DNA of 64,000 nt from Setoptus koraiensis (GCA_048013815.1 CM106586.1:13206001-13270000), one strand, 5' to 3'. Shown: positions 23,677-36,411, counted from the stretch's first letter. Translations and numbers: made by a program. Notes: generated by a model not told the origin, from the sequence alone.

Positions 23677-26636
23677 TCAACTGTAACCGTGGGCGGCTGC
23701 CGCCACCGCTGAGTATGCCACAACCGCGGAAACGGGAGCCGGCACGTGGGCGTGGGCGGCCGCGGCCAGTACGGCACTGGTGGCCGAATGGTGGTGGTGA
23801 TGATGATGTCCGGTCACAGACGACAAGTGCTGCTGATGATGATGATGGTGATATAAACTGTTGGCCGCCTGATGATGGTGCCAAGTGTAGGGCGAGGGGG
23901 CCGTTGAGCTGAATAGGGCCGCACTCTGGCTTTGGTTGGCCTGGTTAGACGAGTGATCGGCGGAACTTTGACTCAAGTGGTGGTGCTGCTGTTGTTGTTG
24001 TTGGTGTTGGTTGACGTTTTGATTGTGCTGCTGTTGGTTGTCTTGCTGCTGTTGTTGGTGATGCTGGTGATTCTCGTATACTTGTTGCTGTTGTTGTTGG
24101 CGCTGATCATTTGTGCTGCTGTCCGTATTGTTGTTGGCAGTCATGGAGTTGTTGCTGTTGTTGCTCGTGGTCGCAGATAGGTGCTGCTGCTGTTGTTGTT
24201 GTTGGTGATGATGTGAAATTAACATATCGGTGGAGAACTGGTCATTTGATGCCTGTTGTCCCGCAATCATAGATTGATGTTGCTGCTGCTGTTGTTGACT
24301 TACCGTCGATCTGCCAATGGGAGATTGCTGCTGCTGCTGCTGCTGGTGACATAATGTCAGATTGTCGGCCTGCTGTTGATTGTTGTTACTGTTGTTGTCG
24401 ATGTTTGTTGTGTCGTGAGCCATGTGATGTTGATGCTGTTGTTGTTGCTGCTGTTGCTGTTGTCTCGATTGTCCGTTGTCCAACGAAGTGTTGAAGGCAC
24501 TAACAACGTTAGGCGGCAACGTGCTTATTGCCGACATGCCAACAACCGAGCAGCCATTGTTTGTCAAATTAAACAACGATGACGTAATTGCTGCCGACGA
24601 TTGCTGTTGGTGATGCTGGTGCTGTTGGCCCATAGAATTGCCAGTGGCCGCCAGATTGCTGGTGGAACCCGATGACGACAGTGTCGACGACGACGACGAC
24701 GCAGATGAGGAAGCGGAAGAGGTTGCCGGTGTTGTTGTTGCTGCGGAAACTGCACTCACTAAGGCAGCAGACGGATTGTTGTTGCTGTTGTTGTTGCTGT
24801 TGAGGCCCACTAATTGATGGTGGGTCGAGTTATTGGCGTGGCCAGCGCCAATTGAAATGAAATTATTATTATTATTATCTTGGCTACTTTGATTTGAATT
24901 TGCAGATGGATGCTGCTGCTGCTGATAATGTTGTTGCATTGTGTCGAAATTGCTCACCTGAGCAGAATACTGAGCTTGCTGTTGGTGTTGCTGGTGATGC
25001 TGTTGTTGTGGTTGCTGTTGTTGTTGGTGGTGCTGCTGCTGCTGGATATGATGATTCAAATGATGATGGTTCATGTTTAAATGATGGTGATGATGCTGAA
25101 AAGAGTGATGATGATGATCTAAATGGTGATGGTGATTAGACATGCCTAAATGATGATGATCGACGGCCGACGAGCCGCCATGATGGCCCAAATGGTGGCC
25201 GTGGTGCTGCCCGGACGAGCCACCGCCCAGCTGATGATGATGAATAGGTCCGCCAGTCGGCTGGCCGGCGGTGGTAGTGGCACTCGGGCCCCCATTAATA
25301 CTGATAGATATATTGATGCCGGCCGAGGCGCCGCTGCTTGTGCCACCGGTCAGCTCGGACGAGGCGTGTACAACTGCCGCGGCGGTTGTGGCGCCAACTC
25401 CAGTTGCGGTGATGGTGGCGGCGGCCGAGGCGGCCGCAGCGGTAGGGGCCGCACTTCCGTTTTGTGTGTGTGTGTGGTGATGGTGCCCAGTTAGAACAGA
25501 GTGATGATGATGATGACTTTGTTGCTGGTGGTGATGATGATAGGCGGCGGCAACCGCGGCCGCTTGCTGATGAGCGGCCGCCGCAGCCGATGCGGTAAAA
25601 AACTGATTCAAGGGCGCCCTGTGATGATGATGATGAACAGTGGCGGCCGCGGCAACATCGGCCACCGCCGCAATAGACGCCGCGGTGACCTGATGATGAT
25701 GGGCGTGGTGGTGATAGGCGGCCGCGGCCGCTTGGGCATGAGCCTTGGCGTAAGCGCTAGGCTCGTTGGGGGCCGGTTGTGTGGCTTGCGCGAGTCCCTG
25801 TCGTTCCGTTGGGTGGCGTTGCGGGCGGAGCGGCGTTGCGAGTCGGGCCAACGGGGTTGATGGTGAGATTCGGAGTTGATCGGGACAAACGGGTTGCAAT
25901 GATGGATAGAGGGAGCGAGGGAGGCAAATGAGAATTAGCTTGTGCGCGCGATTAGATGTAATCATGATTGTTGATTATTGTTGTGATTGATCATGTTGGC
26001 CGATAGCGGGCCGATCGAGGCACGCTGATTGCGCAACAATCTGCCACAGCGTCGCTTTATAGGGCTGATTGGCGTGATTCATCATTGTTCTAATTCAATT
26101 GGCACACACACATAACGGTCCATACATAACATATAACGGTATATATGTAACGTATAACGGTATACGGCGTTATAGGACGGATTTATGGATAGTAATGAGC
26201 GACGACACCCGCTCGCCATCCTATAGTGACGCAATGGTGTTTCGTGTGCTAAACGCCAGGCGGCCACATTAGTCACAACAAATAGTTGGCATAAAAGGAC
26301 TTACCTGAAAGTCAAACTTGTACGCGTACCGCTTGCCGTGCACCTTTTGCATGATGTTCTTATCATAATAATACCTGAGCGCCCTGCTCAATTTGTCGTA
26401 ATTCATGTTGGGCTTGCTCTTGCGCTCGCCCCAGCGTCTTGCCACCTCGTCCGGATCAATCAGTTTGAATTCGCCGTTTCGTCCCTCCCACAAGATGCAT
26501 CCCGAGTTGCTTGTGTCGGCGAGTAACTCCAATAGAAATTGCCACAATTGTATCTGTCCCGAGCCGGTGCCCGCCAGCCGCTGTTGGCTAACGGCGGCCG
26601 ATTGTATGGAATTTGGTGCGAACAGGCCGCACGAGT
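23677..26636 (-). CDS. Ets65A: ERG/FLI1/FEV (Ets65A-class) ETS transcription factor: ETS-domain exon 26636-26305 and terminal exon 25797-23677
   Basis: [15 protein letters not shown]...[59 protein letters not shown], then a phase-0 intron (26304-25798), then GLAQATQP as in the ERG/Ets65A class. The exon starts in phase 1 at Asp, like the D|PYQ junction of ERG/FLI1. Confidence 0.93.
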
Positions 26637-26814
26637 CTAGCATATTGCGCAATATAGTGGATAATAATAATAATAATAATATTTAGACGTACACGTGATT
26701 AGATATATTAGATATTTGCATGATTTCGTGCGATGTGGCGCGTGGTGAAAAGGAAAACAAATGGATAAGTGACGCAACTGCAACTCGCGCAGCCAATCTG
26801 GTCGCTGTGGGCCC

Positions 26815-26898
26815 GACAGTGTCAAGTCGCTGTTGGGTTGACAGTGTCTCGTCGCTGTTGGGTTGACAGTGTCTAGTCGCTGTTGGGTTGACAGTGTC
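26815..26898. repeat. 25-bp tandem repeat, ~3.4 copies (GACAGTGTCTAGTCGCTGTTGGGTT)
   Basis: Units start at 26815, 26840, 26865 and 26890. Confidence 0.9.
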
Positions 26899-28020
26899 GG
26901 GTCAGGGGTCGCCGTCAGTTTATGGGTGAACTCAAACAAAAACTGACACTAGTGCTGCTGGGGTATTATTGTTGGGGTATCACTGCTGGGGTATTATTAG
27001 TTTTTGCTCGTTATCTCGCTCGGTTTTCGGTTGCTTTCTTGGCGCGCACACGCGCGACGCCAAGCATGAATATGTTGCGCAATAATATCCTATGCTAATA
27101 TCCATTGTTGTCACTTGTATATTCAACTGGCGAGTCGTTCGGGCTGGGGGTGGAAATGAACTCACGCACAGCGAAACAGGCAACAGCGACGGGCCCAATG
27201 AGGGGGCCGACACACAGAGCCCAAGCCGAAGCCGATTCTATCATTGAAGCAACGATCTAGCCGCTGGCCGCTGAACAAATAGACAGCACGCGCGCGCCAA
27301 CTATAATACCATACACGCTATACTATATACACATACGGGCACGTGGCTTATGTAATCAAGTTTTATGCGCACTCTCGAGCATTGTGTGATCATATTGTAT
27401 TTAAGCCCGCTATATGCTGCTTGGTGTGCATGCCGTGTGCTATATGGCTCGTGCGGTATATGGCTCGTGCGGTATATGGTGTGCGAGCGGGGCTGGGTGG
27501 GGGTACAAACGAGCGGGCGCCGCATTGGCCCGAACCGGGCCTCGAAGTGGCTTCGAATTAGGCGCTGCACGAGAGCGCGATCAGCGATCACCGTCACCTA
27601 GGGGCGCACCACAACAAGTAAACATTGGTGGCCCAAATTGCTATTTGTTAATATGCCAGCCTATTTGCGCTTTTTTATTAACCTCTCTGGCCTCACTTTC
27701 CACTGCCACTGCGCTTTTTTGGTTTGTTTTTCGGTCGCTATCTCGCTCTTTTCGGCTCTCACTCTCTCGCTAACTGTGGCATGCAGTCTGTGCCAATAGT
27801 AAATAAACACGCGCTCGCACGAGTCGCGCTTAGCGCGCCTATATCAAACGTATTACGTAACGTTTGCGATATAGGCGCGCAAATAATAATATCAACGAGT
27901 AGCAACGAGTAGCCAGCATCTCAATCATGGCTCATATAGCAGCCATAACTGTCAGCCAGTATATGAGATTACTGAATAAACTTGACCGTTGGATAACTGT
28001 CAATTGCTGTCGTTGTCGTC

Positions 28021-28021
28021 G

Positions 28022-28059
<38 letters not shown>
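28021..28059. repeat. (GTT)n microsatellite
   Basis: Direct reading. Similar tracts lie at ~35701-35739 (GTT), ~37392-37427 (CAA) and ~41080-41114 (CA). Confidence 0.95.
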
Positions 28060-30588
28060 GCTGCTGCCGTTGGTCAACAGCTCGTGTGTTTGCCCAGCGC
28101 TTGGCACCGCTCGGGTTAGTTACGCTCCAGGGAAATGGAAACAGATAAAAAATACCATCACTGTCTCACTGAGATCAGTTTACCCTGCCAGTGTCTTGCA
28201 TCTAGTTCGCCTTTTCTATCTAATCTTTTGGTGTTTATCCACCGATCGATGCGGTCTTGTATTGGATATTGGACACTGGATAACGGAGAAGAAAACTTCA
28301 ATTTTCGATCACACCACAAAACCCAAAAACCCACACAAACCGGTGAAATTTTTACCTGGTTACAGTGATTTGAACTCTTTGACTCTACTGACCCAAATGC
28401 GAATCGCATGCACATCACAGCGATGACACATGCTCACTTCACTTGCATAAAGAAGAAAAATTCCAACCGGAAGTAAACGTTTACATACATAACACTCGCA
28501 ATTGGGCGGCAATGTTGCGGCACAATTGTTCGGTGGTTTTAATTGTCGCTTCAGTTTTATTTGTTCTGACAATGACTGTCACCGGCCCTGTATCGATACT
28601 TTGCCAAGTGGATAGTCAATAGCTAATTCAACGGCTGGCTGTTTTGTGAGTGCAAATTGCAAGTGACTTTGTTTGCGTCGAGCGTCAATCGTTGGCCGAC
28701 ATCAATGGTTAGGCACTCATTAGCCTGTGACGATGGCGTAAAATCTATCTATTAGGTGTGTTGCGTAATAACGCAACAAACAGTGAGCTCTCATGTGCAG
28801 GCTAAACAGGTATTTGTACCGTCGTGGACAGGGGCCCCGCTCACAAAAGGTGACAGCCTGCTGTGCAGCACTGTGCCACAGACTCTGTGCCACGGGGCGA
28901 GCCAAATCATTTTTTAGCAAAGCCGGTTGCGCGGATGCAGATGCCTCAGATCCTTCAAGAGGCTCACTCAATGAACGCCATGAAGGCAACAGTGCAGGCG
29001 TTACGCAACGCACTTACGCAACGTGCTGCACTGTTGCAGCGCGTGCTTTTGCGCGTGCTGTTGCGCTGTCGCGTAGTATTGCGCTGTCGTAGTGTGGCCA
29101 TTGTAAAGTCAAGAGGTTGTTCGTGACGAACATTTTAAAATGATATACATGCTGGCATGTTGCAAATAATTTAAAAACAATAACAAATGGCTTGTTTGTT
29201 GCGCAACGTCGTCACGAGCGTACACGTCGAGTCATACCGTTACCGTTATTGTAGTGACTGCACTTGGTGACTGTCACACTGGGGCCCACACTAGACTGCC
29301 GCCACCAGAGACAGAGCGTGGCGGCACTTGTCACGCTGTGTGTCATCTTTCAGTTGACTTGCTTCGGCCTCTCTCGAAACAATCTTGTTTCGCTCTGCTT
29401 CATTCTGGTTCGTTCTGGCGCATTTCGGCGCCTTTGGGCTGCTTGCGCGTCGCCAGAATGAGCCAGAGTGAGCCAGAGCGAGCCAGAGCGAGCCAGAATG
29501 AGCCAAAACGAACCAGTGGCACAGTGGAGCAAGTTGTGCCACCAGCCGCAATTGCGTCACAATGGCGTCTCATGCGTCACGTCAGAAGCGGGCCCAAATT
29601 TAGGGGCGCGACAATGAGCCGGCGCCGATAGCGCCGCTGATTGTGACAACATTCGCTTCTTTGTTGGGGCCTCAATGGTGACATTCAATTGGTCGTGCTC
29701 GCGTTATTCATCATCGTCGTTTCATTTGCCGGCAGGCGCACACGACACATTCGAGTTGTGCAAATTGGGCACGTATTATCGCCATGCTCATAATTGTAAC
29801 AATCGCGCTCGCGTAATGCTCTTAGCCGTGATTTGGCGCGCTGTCATGATCATTGTTTGTGTCCGATTTGGCCAAATCAACTTGTTTTGCGGCCTCGCGA
29901 GCATTTGTTACACAATTTCGCATTGCATAACAAATGCTCCATTCAGCGGCGACTCGACCCAGCGGCCGGCGGCGGCCCGATCCAGCGGCAACCGCGCTCA
30001 ATGGCGGCCCAACGGAATCAAATTAAATCAAGTTCGCGTCTGTCCATCATTATACTTTCGTATTCGTATCGTCATAAGTGCGCCGTCTGACTCAGTCACT
30101 GCTCACGTAATCACTGCAACTGGCGCCACGCGGGCACCGCCAACGCAATGCCGCCGGTGCCCGCGAGAACGTGTTTGGCATTATTATCTGTCTGATAATA
30201 AGGGCCGCGCGGATAATTCGCGCGCGCCGCATTCAGTTTGTTAATGCGCGGCGCGCGGATTTCAGTTTGTAGTAATTAAGTTGTTGTGCTCTCTGACAGC
30301 CACAATAACTGCAATAAACCGCTCTAACAACTCAAATCCAGTTGCGCCCCACTCACAACAAGCGAGCAAACTCGCCAATAGGGCCAATGATTGCGCCCCC
30401 ACCAGAGCACTTGCTTTTTTACCGGCCCCGAGCCCAAAGTTGCCGGCCCCATGCAAGCTGGCGATGCGGCCCCGCTAATCGCATTAACTCGCCATTTTGG
30501 GGGCCGCTTGCTCGGCGAGCATGTATCGGTTTTGGGGCCGGTGAACAGTGCTCAACGCTATCGCTCGTTTGCGCTCGTCCGCCCGCCA

Positions 30589-30646
30589 TTCGACCCAAAA
30601 CCGGCGTCCGACCCAAAACCGGCGTTCGACCCAAAACCGGCATTCG
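30589..30646. repeat. 18-bp tandem repeat, ~3 copies (TTCGACCCAAAACCGGCG)
   Basis: Direct reading. Confidence 0.85.
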
Positions 30647-31765
30647 GCCCATATTCGCCGGCGCCGGCATTGCGTCACAACTGGTCGGGCGTATCAATGA
30701 ACGGTCGTGAGACACCAACCGGCAGCAAGCAATACAAAAAGATCCGAATCGTGTCGCGCTCGACATTTGGCGACGCCGACCGGATAAACCGGCCACCGGC
30801 TGCCCGATCGAATCGCCTGATCAAATTGCCTGATCGAATCACCGGCTCGCTGCGAACTCGCCACGGTGCGCAGAGGGGCCCCAACAGCGACAAGCGCAGC
30901 GCGTGGGAGAGACGAGAGCTGGAATTGGCGCCTGAGCGGCAGTCGATTTAATTAACTCGCGCCCGTCCGTCGATGATGCAGGTCAACAACTGCGCGTTGG
31001 TGCTTGCTTGTTGTTGCTGTTGTCGTTGTCGGTTGTTGCTGTCGTTGGTTGTTGCCGTGGCCGGTTGTTGCTGCTGCGACCCTCGAATGCCCGTCGCACC
31101 GGCAAACAAGATGATAATGAATGATTATCTAGCCGGAGCGCGAGGGCGGCGCGTGCGGCACAGCACGACAACAATGCGACACAAACAATTGTCGCCGACA
31201 CATTTGAAACGCTCAACAAACAACGACCGGCAACAACGGGCAACAACCGGCAACAACAAGCACGCGCTTGTTACGTAAACGGGCGAAAATACGCAAATGC
31301 GAGCGGCGCCGTTGCAACGCGTACGCAAATGCCAACTACGCGGCCAAACAACAACAAACAAATGCAAACGCCGGCGTGCAGCCACGCAACTGCCAAATTA
31401 AAGTTTCATTAATAAACAATGAATATCTCGTGTAGCCGTGAGTGTGCGTACGGCTAATATTTTTGTTTGTTAATATTTGTTGGCGGCGCAACAGCGACAC
31501 GCGCTCATTTGACAGGCCGAGGTGCCAACAGTAACAATTTTTGTCACTTTTACACCCACGCGTTTTGTCATTTGTGCGCAAACTGTGCACACTGTGCCGG
31601 TGACCTTTGTCCGGCGGCGCGCTGGCTCGTGTGCCCGCTCGACGAGCAGTGGCCATAAATAAATGATAAATAAATTTATCACGCTGCGCCTGACTCTGCA
31701 CGCCGTATTTATGGAATGGGGCCAGATTTGCGCAAATGAGCACATAGCGCAAAGTGCTCGCATAG

Positions 31766-31863
31766 TGATCATGAATAGTGAGCACTGATCGTGAATAGTG
31801 AGCACTGATCGTGAATAGTGAGCTCTGATCGTGAATAGTGAGCTCTGATCATGAATAGCGAGC
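31766..31863. repeat. 20-bp tandem repeat, ~5 copies (TGATCGTGAATAGTGAGCAC)
   Basis: Direct reading. Confidence 0.9.
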
Positions 31864-33340
31864 ATTTCATGAGCGATTGGGCGCAAAGCGATGGGCGCAA
31901 TAAGCATAATTGAGCAACGATTGAAAAAGATGATTTATTGGCCGCGCCGGCCGACAACCGGCCCGCATTGTTGCCTAGTGACCATTGTCCAGTTGTCGGC
32001 GGCCATAAGTCACAACTGCGCGCCGACTGGATCTGTTTACTATCCATTATTATCATATCGCGCTTGATGTGGGCCCCCGATGGAAGCGTTCGCATTGTAT
32101 CGGTTGCGCTCAATTGAGTTTGTCTTGTTATTATTCTGGCCGCCATTATCCATTATTGCGCCCGACGTTCACATGGCGCCGGTTGTCGCACGCTGGCCAC
32201 GCCGACCGTTTGTGCGAATATCTGTGTCCGTTTACGTTGTCCACTAAACGGACTTTAGTTTAGACTGCCAATCGGACTGACAGTCCGAATTGGACTGACA
32301 ATTGTCAGGCGCTGTTAATAAATACAGGCCAGTGAGGCGCCAATTATTGCACAACCTTTGCCAGACTCGCTGTCATGTCCGTTCCACTTGGCATGAGCTA
32401 CAATCGCCCGCGAGCCCCAACGGGAGCCCCCGTGCCAAGAGTCACAACAAACGGGGCGCCAGTTGGGGCCAGTTGGGCCCAGTGAGGGGGTTTTTTAGCG
32501 CAGTTTGTGTGGCCGCGTTTGTTTGTTTGTGTGCGAATCATTGATTTCGCGAGCACCGGCTCATTTAATGTATTCATTGACACCGGTTCAAGTGGATCGC
32601 TCGTGTTTGACACGAGCACCCAAACAAATAAATAATCGCCGACTCGCCAACCCAGATAACGCCAGCGGATAATGAATGATGGCCTCTCGAGTTTGGGCAC
32701 CCTTGACCAGCGACTCTTGATTTTTGACCAGCGCCGCTCGCCGATGCCGGCGCTGCACTGGGCCTATAACAGGTGACCGTGGCCATACAACGTGATACTC
32801 ATTATTATTATTATGTTATCATCATATCGGCGGCTCGCTCGAACGCTGCCGAGTCAATGGGTCCGATCTGTTCTATTATGCTCTGTTCTGTTTATAGGCC
32901 AATGTTTGTGTGGCACGCGTTCCGCTTGGCCAGCCACAATTGACCAGCTACAACTGGCCAGCTACAATTGGCAAGACGGCTAATGGTGAGTTATGTAATG
33001 TGTGTCCGTTTAACCTCGCTGCTCGCTTGCCATGAACTTTAACTTGGCCGCCGCCCCTCTCATGAACTCTCGACGCTGGCCCGTTAGCCGGCCCGCTGGC
33101 CGGCCCGTTAGATGGCCCGCTGGCTGACACGGCCGATAGTGGGCCGTAACCCGCTTGCCAGTTAATAAATGGCCGGCCATTGTTGTTGGTGGCATTGTCG
33201 CCAGTCATGGCTGGCGCCATCTATCTAGGCCTATAATGACGCAATAATTCACGTGCATCATTGTGTGTATTTACGCGTGACGGTCTGTTTGCGATTTGTG
33301 GGTGCACTTGTCGCATATCCACATACCAGCATGTATTTAC

Positions 33341-33546
33341 GGATATCCACAGATACCCACAGATATCCACAAATATCCACAGATATCTACACACATCCAC
33401 AGATATCCACAGATGTCCACAGATGTCCACAGATGTCCACAAATATCCACAGCTATTCACAAATATCCACAGCTATTCACATATATCCACGGACATTCAC
33501 AAGTGTCCGCAGACATCCACAGAAATGCACGGATATCCACGGATAG
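33341..33546. repeat. 10-bp minisatellite, ~20 copies (GATATCCACA consensus)
   Basis: Direct reading; variant units include GATGTCCACA, GCTATTCACA and AATATCCACA. Confidence 0.92.
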
Positions 33547-33987
33547 TGACAGGTAGTGGCCAGCAGTCACAGATAATCAATTTGCGACAATGGCGGGTCG
33601 TGCCGCACCAACCCGCACCCGTTACATAACAGCGTCTGTTATGCAACAATGACTATTGTGAACATATTGTGAATAACAATCGATCGATTATTCATTAGTG
33701 AGTGAGCTGCTTTCTGTGCAAATTGGCGACACACAATTGTCAATTGCAAGGCACTTGCAATTGGTGTGACGCGCTAAATCGATTATCCGACTGGATACTG
33801 GAGCAAGCAACACTGTTGCTGCCTGGCGAGTTCAAAGTTCACACATCGCCAACAAATCTAGCGAATCTAATAAACTATTTGATAACTAGCGGGCACGTTA
33901 CGCAACTAGCTACCGATTGCGTAACAGGCTTGTGGCGTAACAGGCCCGTTGCGTAACACGCCCGCTCAAATTGGATTAGTGACTTAC

Positions 33988-34969
33988 CGTCGTCGTCGAG
34001 AAACTCGTGCTTAACTCTATTCAATAGAGGCTTGTGGTGATGATGTTGAACTGCGGAGGCCGCATCTATGTAATGATGATGATTGTTGTTGTTGATGGCG
34101 CGCTGATTGACGTTGGCCGCACAAGTTGTGCCGCTGTCGGCGCCACTATCCGGCCCGTAAATGTTGCCCACTAAACTCATTCTGGCGCTGTTGTTGTTGT
34201 TTTTGTTGTTTGCTTGCTGTCGGCTGTTGGGCCCGCGCGACACTGTCGTTGGCTGTGCACCTGTAATGTGCAACGACGACGACGACGACGTCACCCTGTT
34301 GTTACTGTAGTTGCTGTTGTTGCTGTCGTTGTTGTTGTTGCTGCTTCTGTTGTTGCTGCAGTTGCTGTTGTTGCTGTCGTTGTTGTTGTTGCTGCTTCTG
34401 TTGTTGCTGTTGTTGCCGTTGTTGTTGCCGTGTTGGCTGCTGTTTGACTGGCTTTGAGCGACAGCTATTGAGGCAGACGCCGGCGACGATCGATGGCTGT
34501 TTGTGGTTGTCACGCTGTCACTCGAGAGCCGATTGTGCTCATTTGCATAATAGCTGTTGTTGGTGTCGTACGAGCAAGATGTGATGTTGTTGGCGCTATC
34601 TGTTGTTGCTGCGCCGGCCCGATGGTGCCGAAATCTGAACTGGTGATGATCCAAATAATCAATTTTTGAGCTGGCTTGGCCGACGTCTGAACGTTGATGC
34701 TGCTGCTGCTGATTGTGATAATAGTTGTTGTACATTCGATTGGGAGACTTTAGTGGCACCATCAATGGGCCAGTTGGGCTTGCATCGACGCCGGGCGATA
34801 ATGAGGGCGTTGTATTTTGCGATAATTGACCGCGATCCGATTGCGAATCGTCGTCACTTGAGCTGGGCGCTTGTTGATTGCAATGGTCAAGTGTGGTGGC
34901 GCTTTTCATGCACTTTTGCTGTTCACAGCCTGGCTCGGACTCGCCCAAACTGTTAACCTGTGGCCGCAT
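33988..34969 (-). CDS. Probable upstream coding exon of the ETS gene; homologous to the Dorsal C-terminal region
   Basis: 385-codon ORF with ATG at 34969 (a possible acceptor near 35030 allows a further upstream exon). Strong donor G|GTAAGT at 33988/33987 is phase 1 and compatible with the acceptor at 26637/26636 (predicted intron 7351 nt). Spliced product is 1144 aa. Seven colinear motifs are shared with Dorsal. Confidence 0.7.
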
Positions 34970-35701
34970 CAGCGATACAATCAGCTCAGATCGAAGGCAA
35001 CGGATTTTCCTATTGCGCAACAGCAACAATCTGACAGATTATCTAGTCGGCACTATATGTTGCGTCAGTGATCACTGATGGCTTGCTGTGTTGTTGCTAG
35101 ACTTTGGCCTCTCAATTGGCGGGCTCAATTAACTGACTGTTGCACTGGCTCTCTTATCTCTCGAATTGTATTGTTGCTCATGGATTGAATGGCCTCCTTT
35201 CGCTCACTCAACTGCCGTGTGGTCAATTGCTGTCTGGCAATCGATTGTCGCGCATTTAGTTACTGTGACAATTCTTTCGGGGGCCCCAATGGCATTTCGA
35301 CGCATACACGACAATGAGTCACTTGTGTCTACCTTTATCTAGCTGGCGCAATTGCTGATTTGGGTAATTTGGGTAAAATGGTTGTTTGTATCATCGAACG
35401 TAGTGTTCCGACAGTCGGTGCCCACTAGCATTACTGGCGCTGGCTTGCACTGACTACGGGCCCCCGAATCGCGGGGCGAAATTGCGCGCCAACTTATGCC
35501 TGGCCCCAGTAGTTCGCGTAACACGCATGCGTCACAATGCGAATTCAATTCAAATTTGCCATTTTGCTTCAATTGGCAATCTGTACAAGTCTGCGCATAG
35601 CGCACAATGCACACTTCACACTGCAAACTGCACACTGCGCCAACAATGAGCATATAGCGGCGTTCGTCGTCGCTTTGGCCAGCTAGCAAGTTGCGTCATC
35701 G

Positions 35702-35740
<39 letters not shown>

Positions 35741-36351
35741 CAGTGACCGTTGCGTTTCATTTTTTCTTTGTTCGCTCGGCTGCTTCGTATCAGCGGCGCT
35801 CGCTGCTAACGAGGCCCCAAGACAATCGCTGGACAGCGCAAACAGTGAGCGACAGTGTCGCTCGGAGCCTCGTTAGATCGATTCAGTGCGCGCTTGGCCT
35901 ATATAAAGTGGCCCGGCTGGCCCCTAATACACAAATGTATGCGCAGGCCAGTGAATATCAATGAGCCAGACAAACTGGCCGCTGGCTGGCGGGCCCGTAC
36001 GGCGCGCTTTGTGTCGCAATTAAACAATTGTCGCGAGATAAGATCGCCTCATGAGCTGCCCAGACTGCGCCGGCAGCCTGTGCGGATTGCACGCGATGGA
36101 GCAGCTTGTGCACTGCTCCATCTCGTGCACTGCTCCATCAGAAGTCTCTATCATGAGATGTCTAGCCAACTTGGCTAACAAGTTGTAAGTCAAGTTTGTG
36201 GGCCGCACAGATTGTGCGCGCCGCTCTCGGTTTGGGGGCATTTGCGCGCGCGGTGAGCGCGCCGGTGCCTGTGACGGGTGACATGACTTACGTCACGGGT
36301 ACCACCGCAAGAGCCAACTGGCACGACTGCAACAGAAATAACAGTCGACTG

Positions 36352-36411
36352 CGGCCCGACGGCCAACGCGGCCCGACGGCCAACGCGGCCCGACGGCCAA
36401 CGAGAGCCGAC
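36352..36411. repeat. 17-bp tandem repeat, ~3 copies (CGGCCCGACGGCCAACG)
   Basis: Direct reading. A 15-bp repeat (GAGCCGACGTTGCAC) lies at ~36886-36939 and an 18-bp repeat at ~37260-37346. Confidence 0.85.

Noticed and set aside
31766-33546. Regularly spaced repeats as a CRISPR array
   Set aside because: Head-to-tail units with no unique spacers, no cas genes, and a eukaryotic context.
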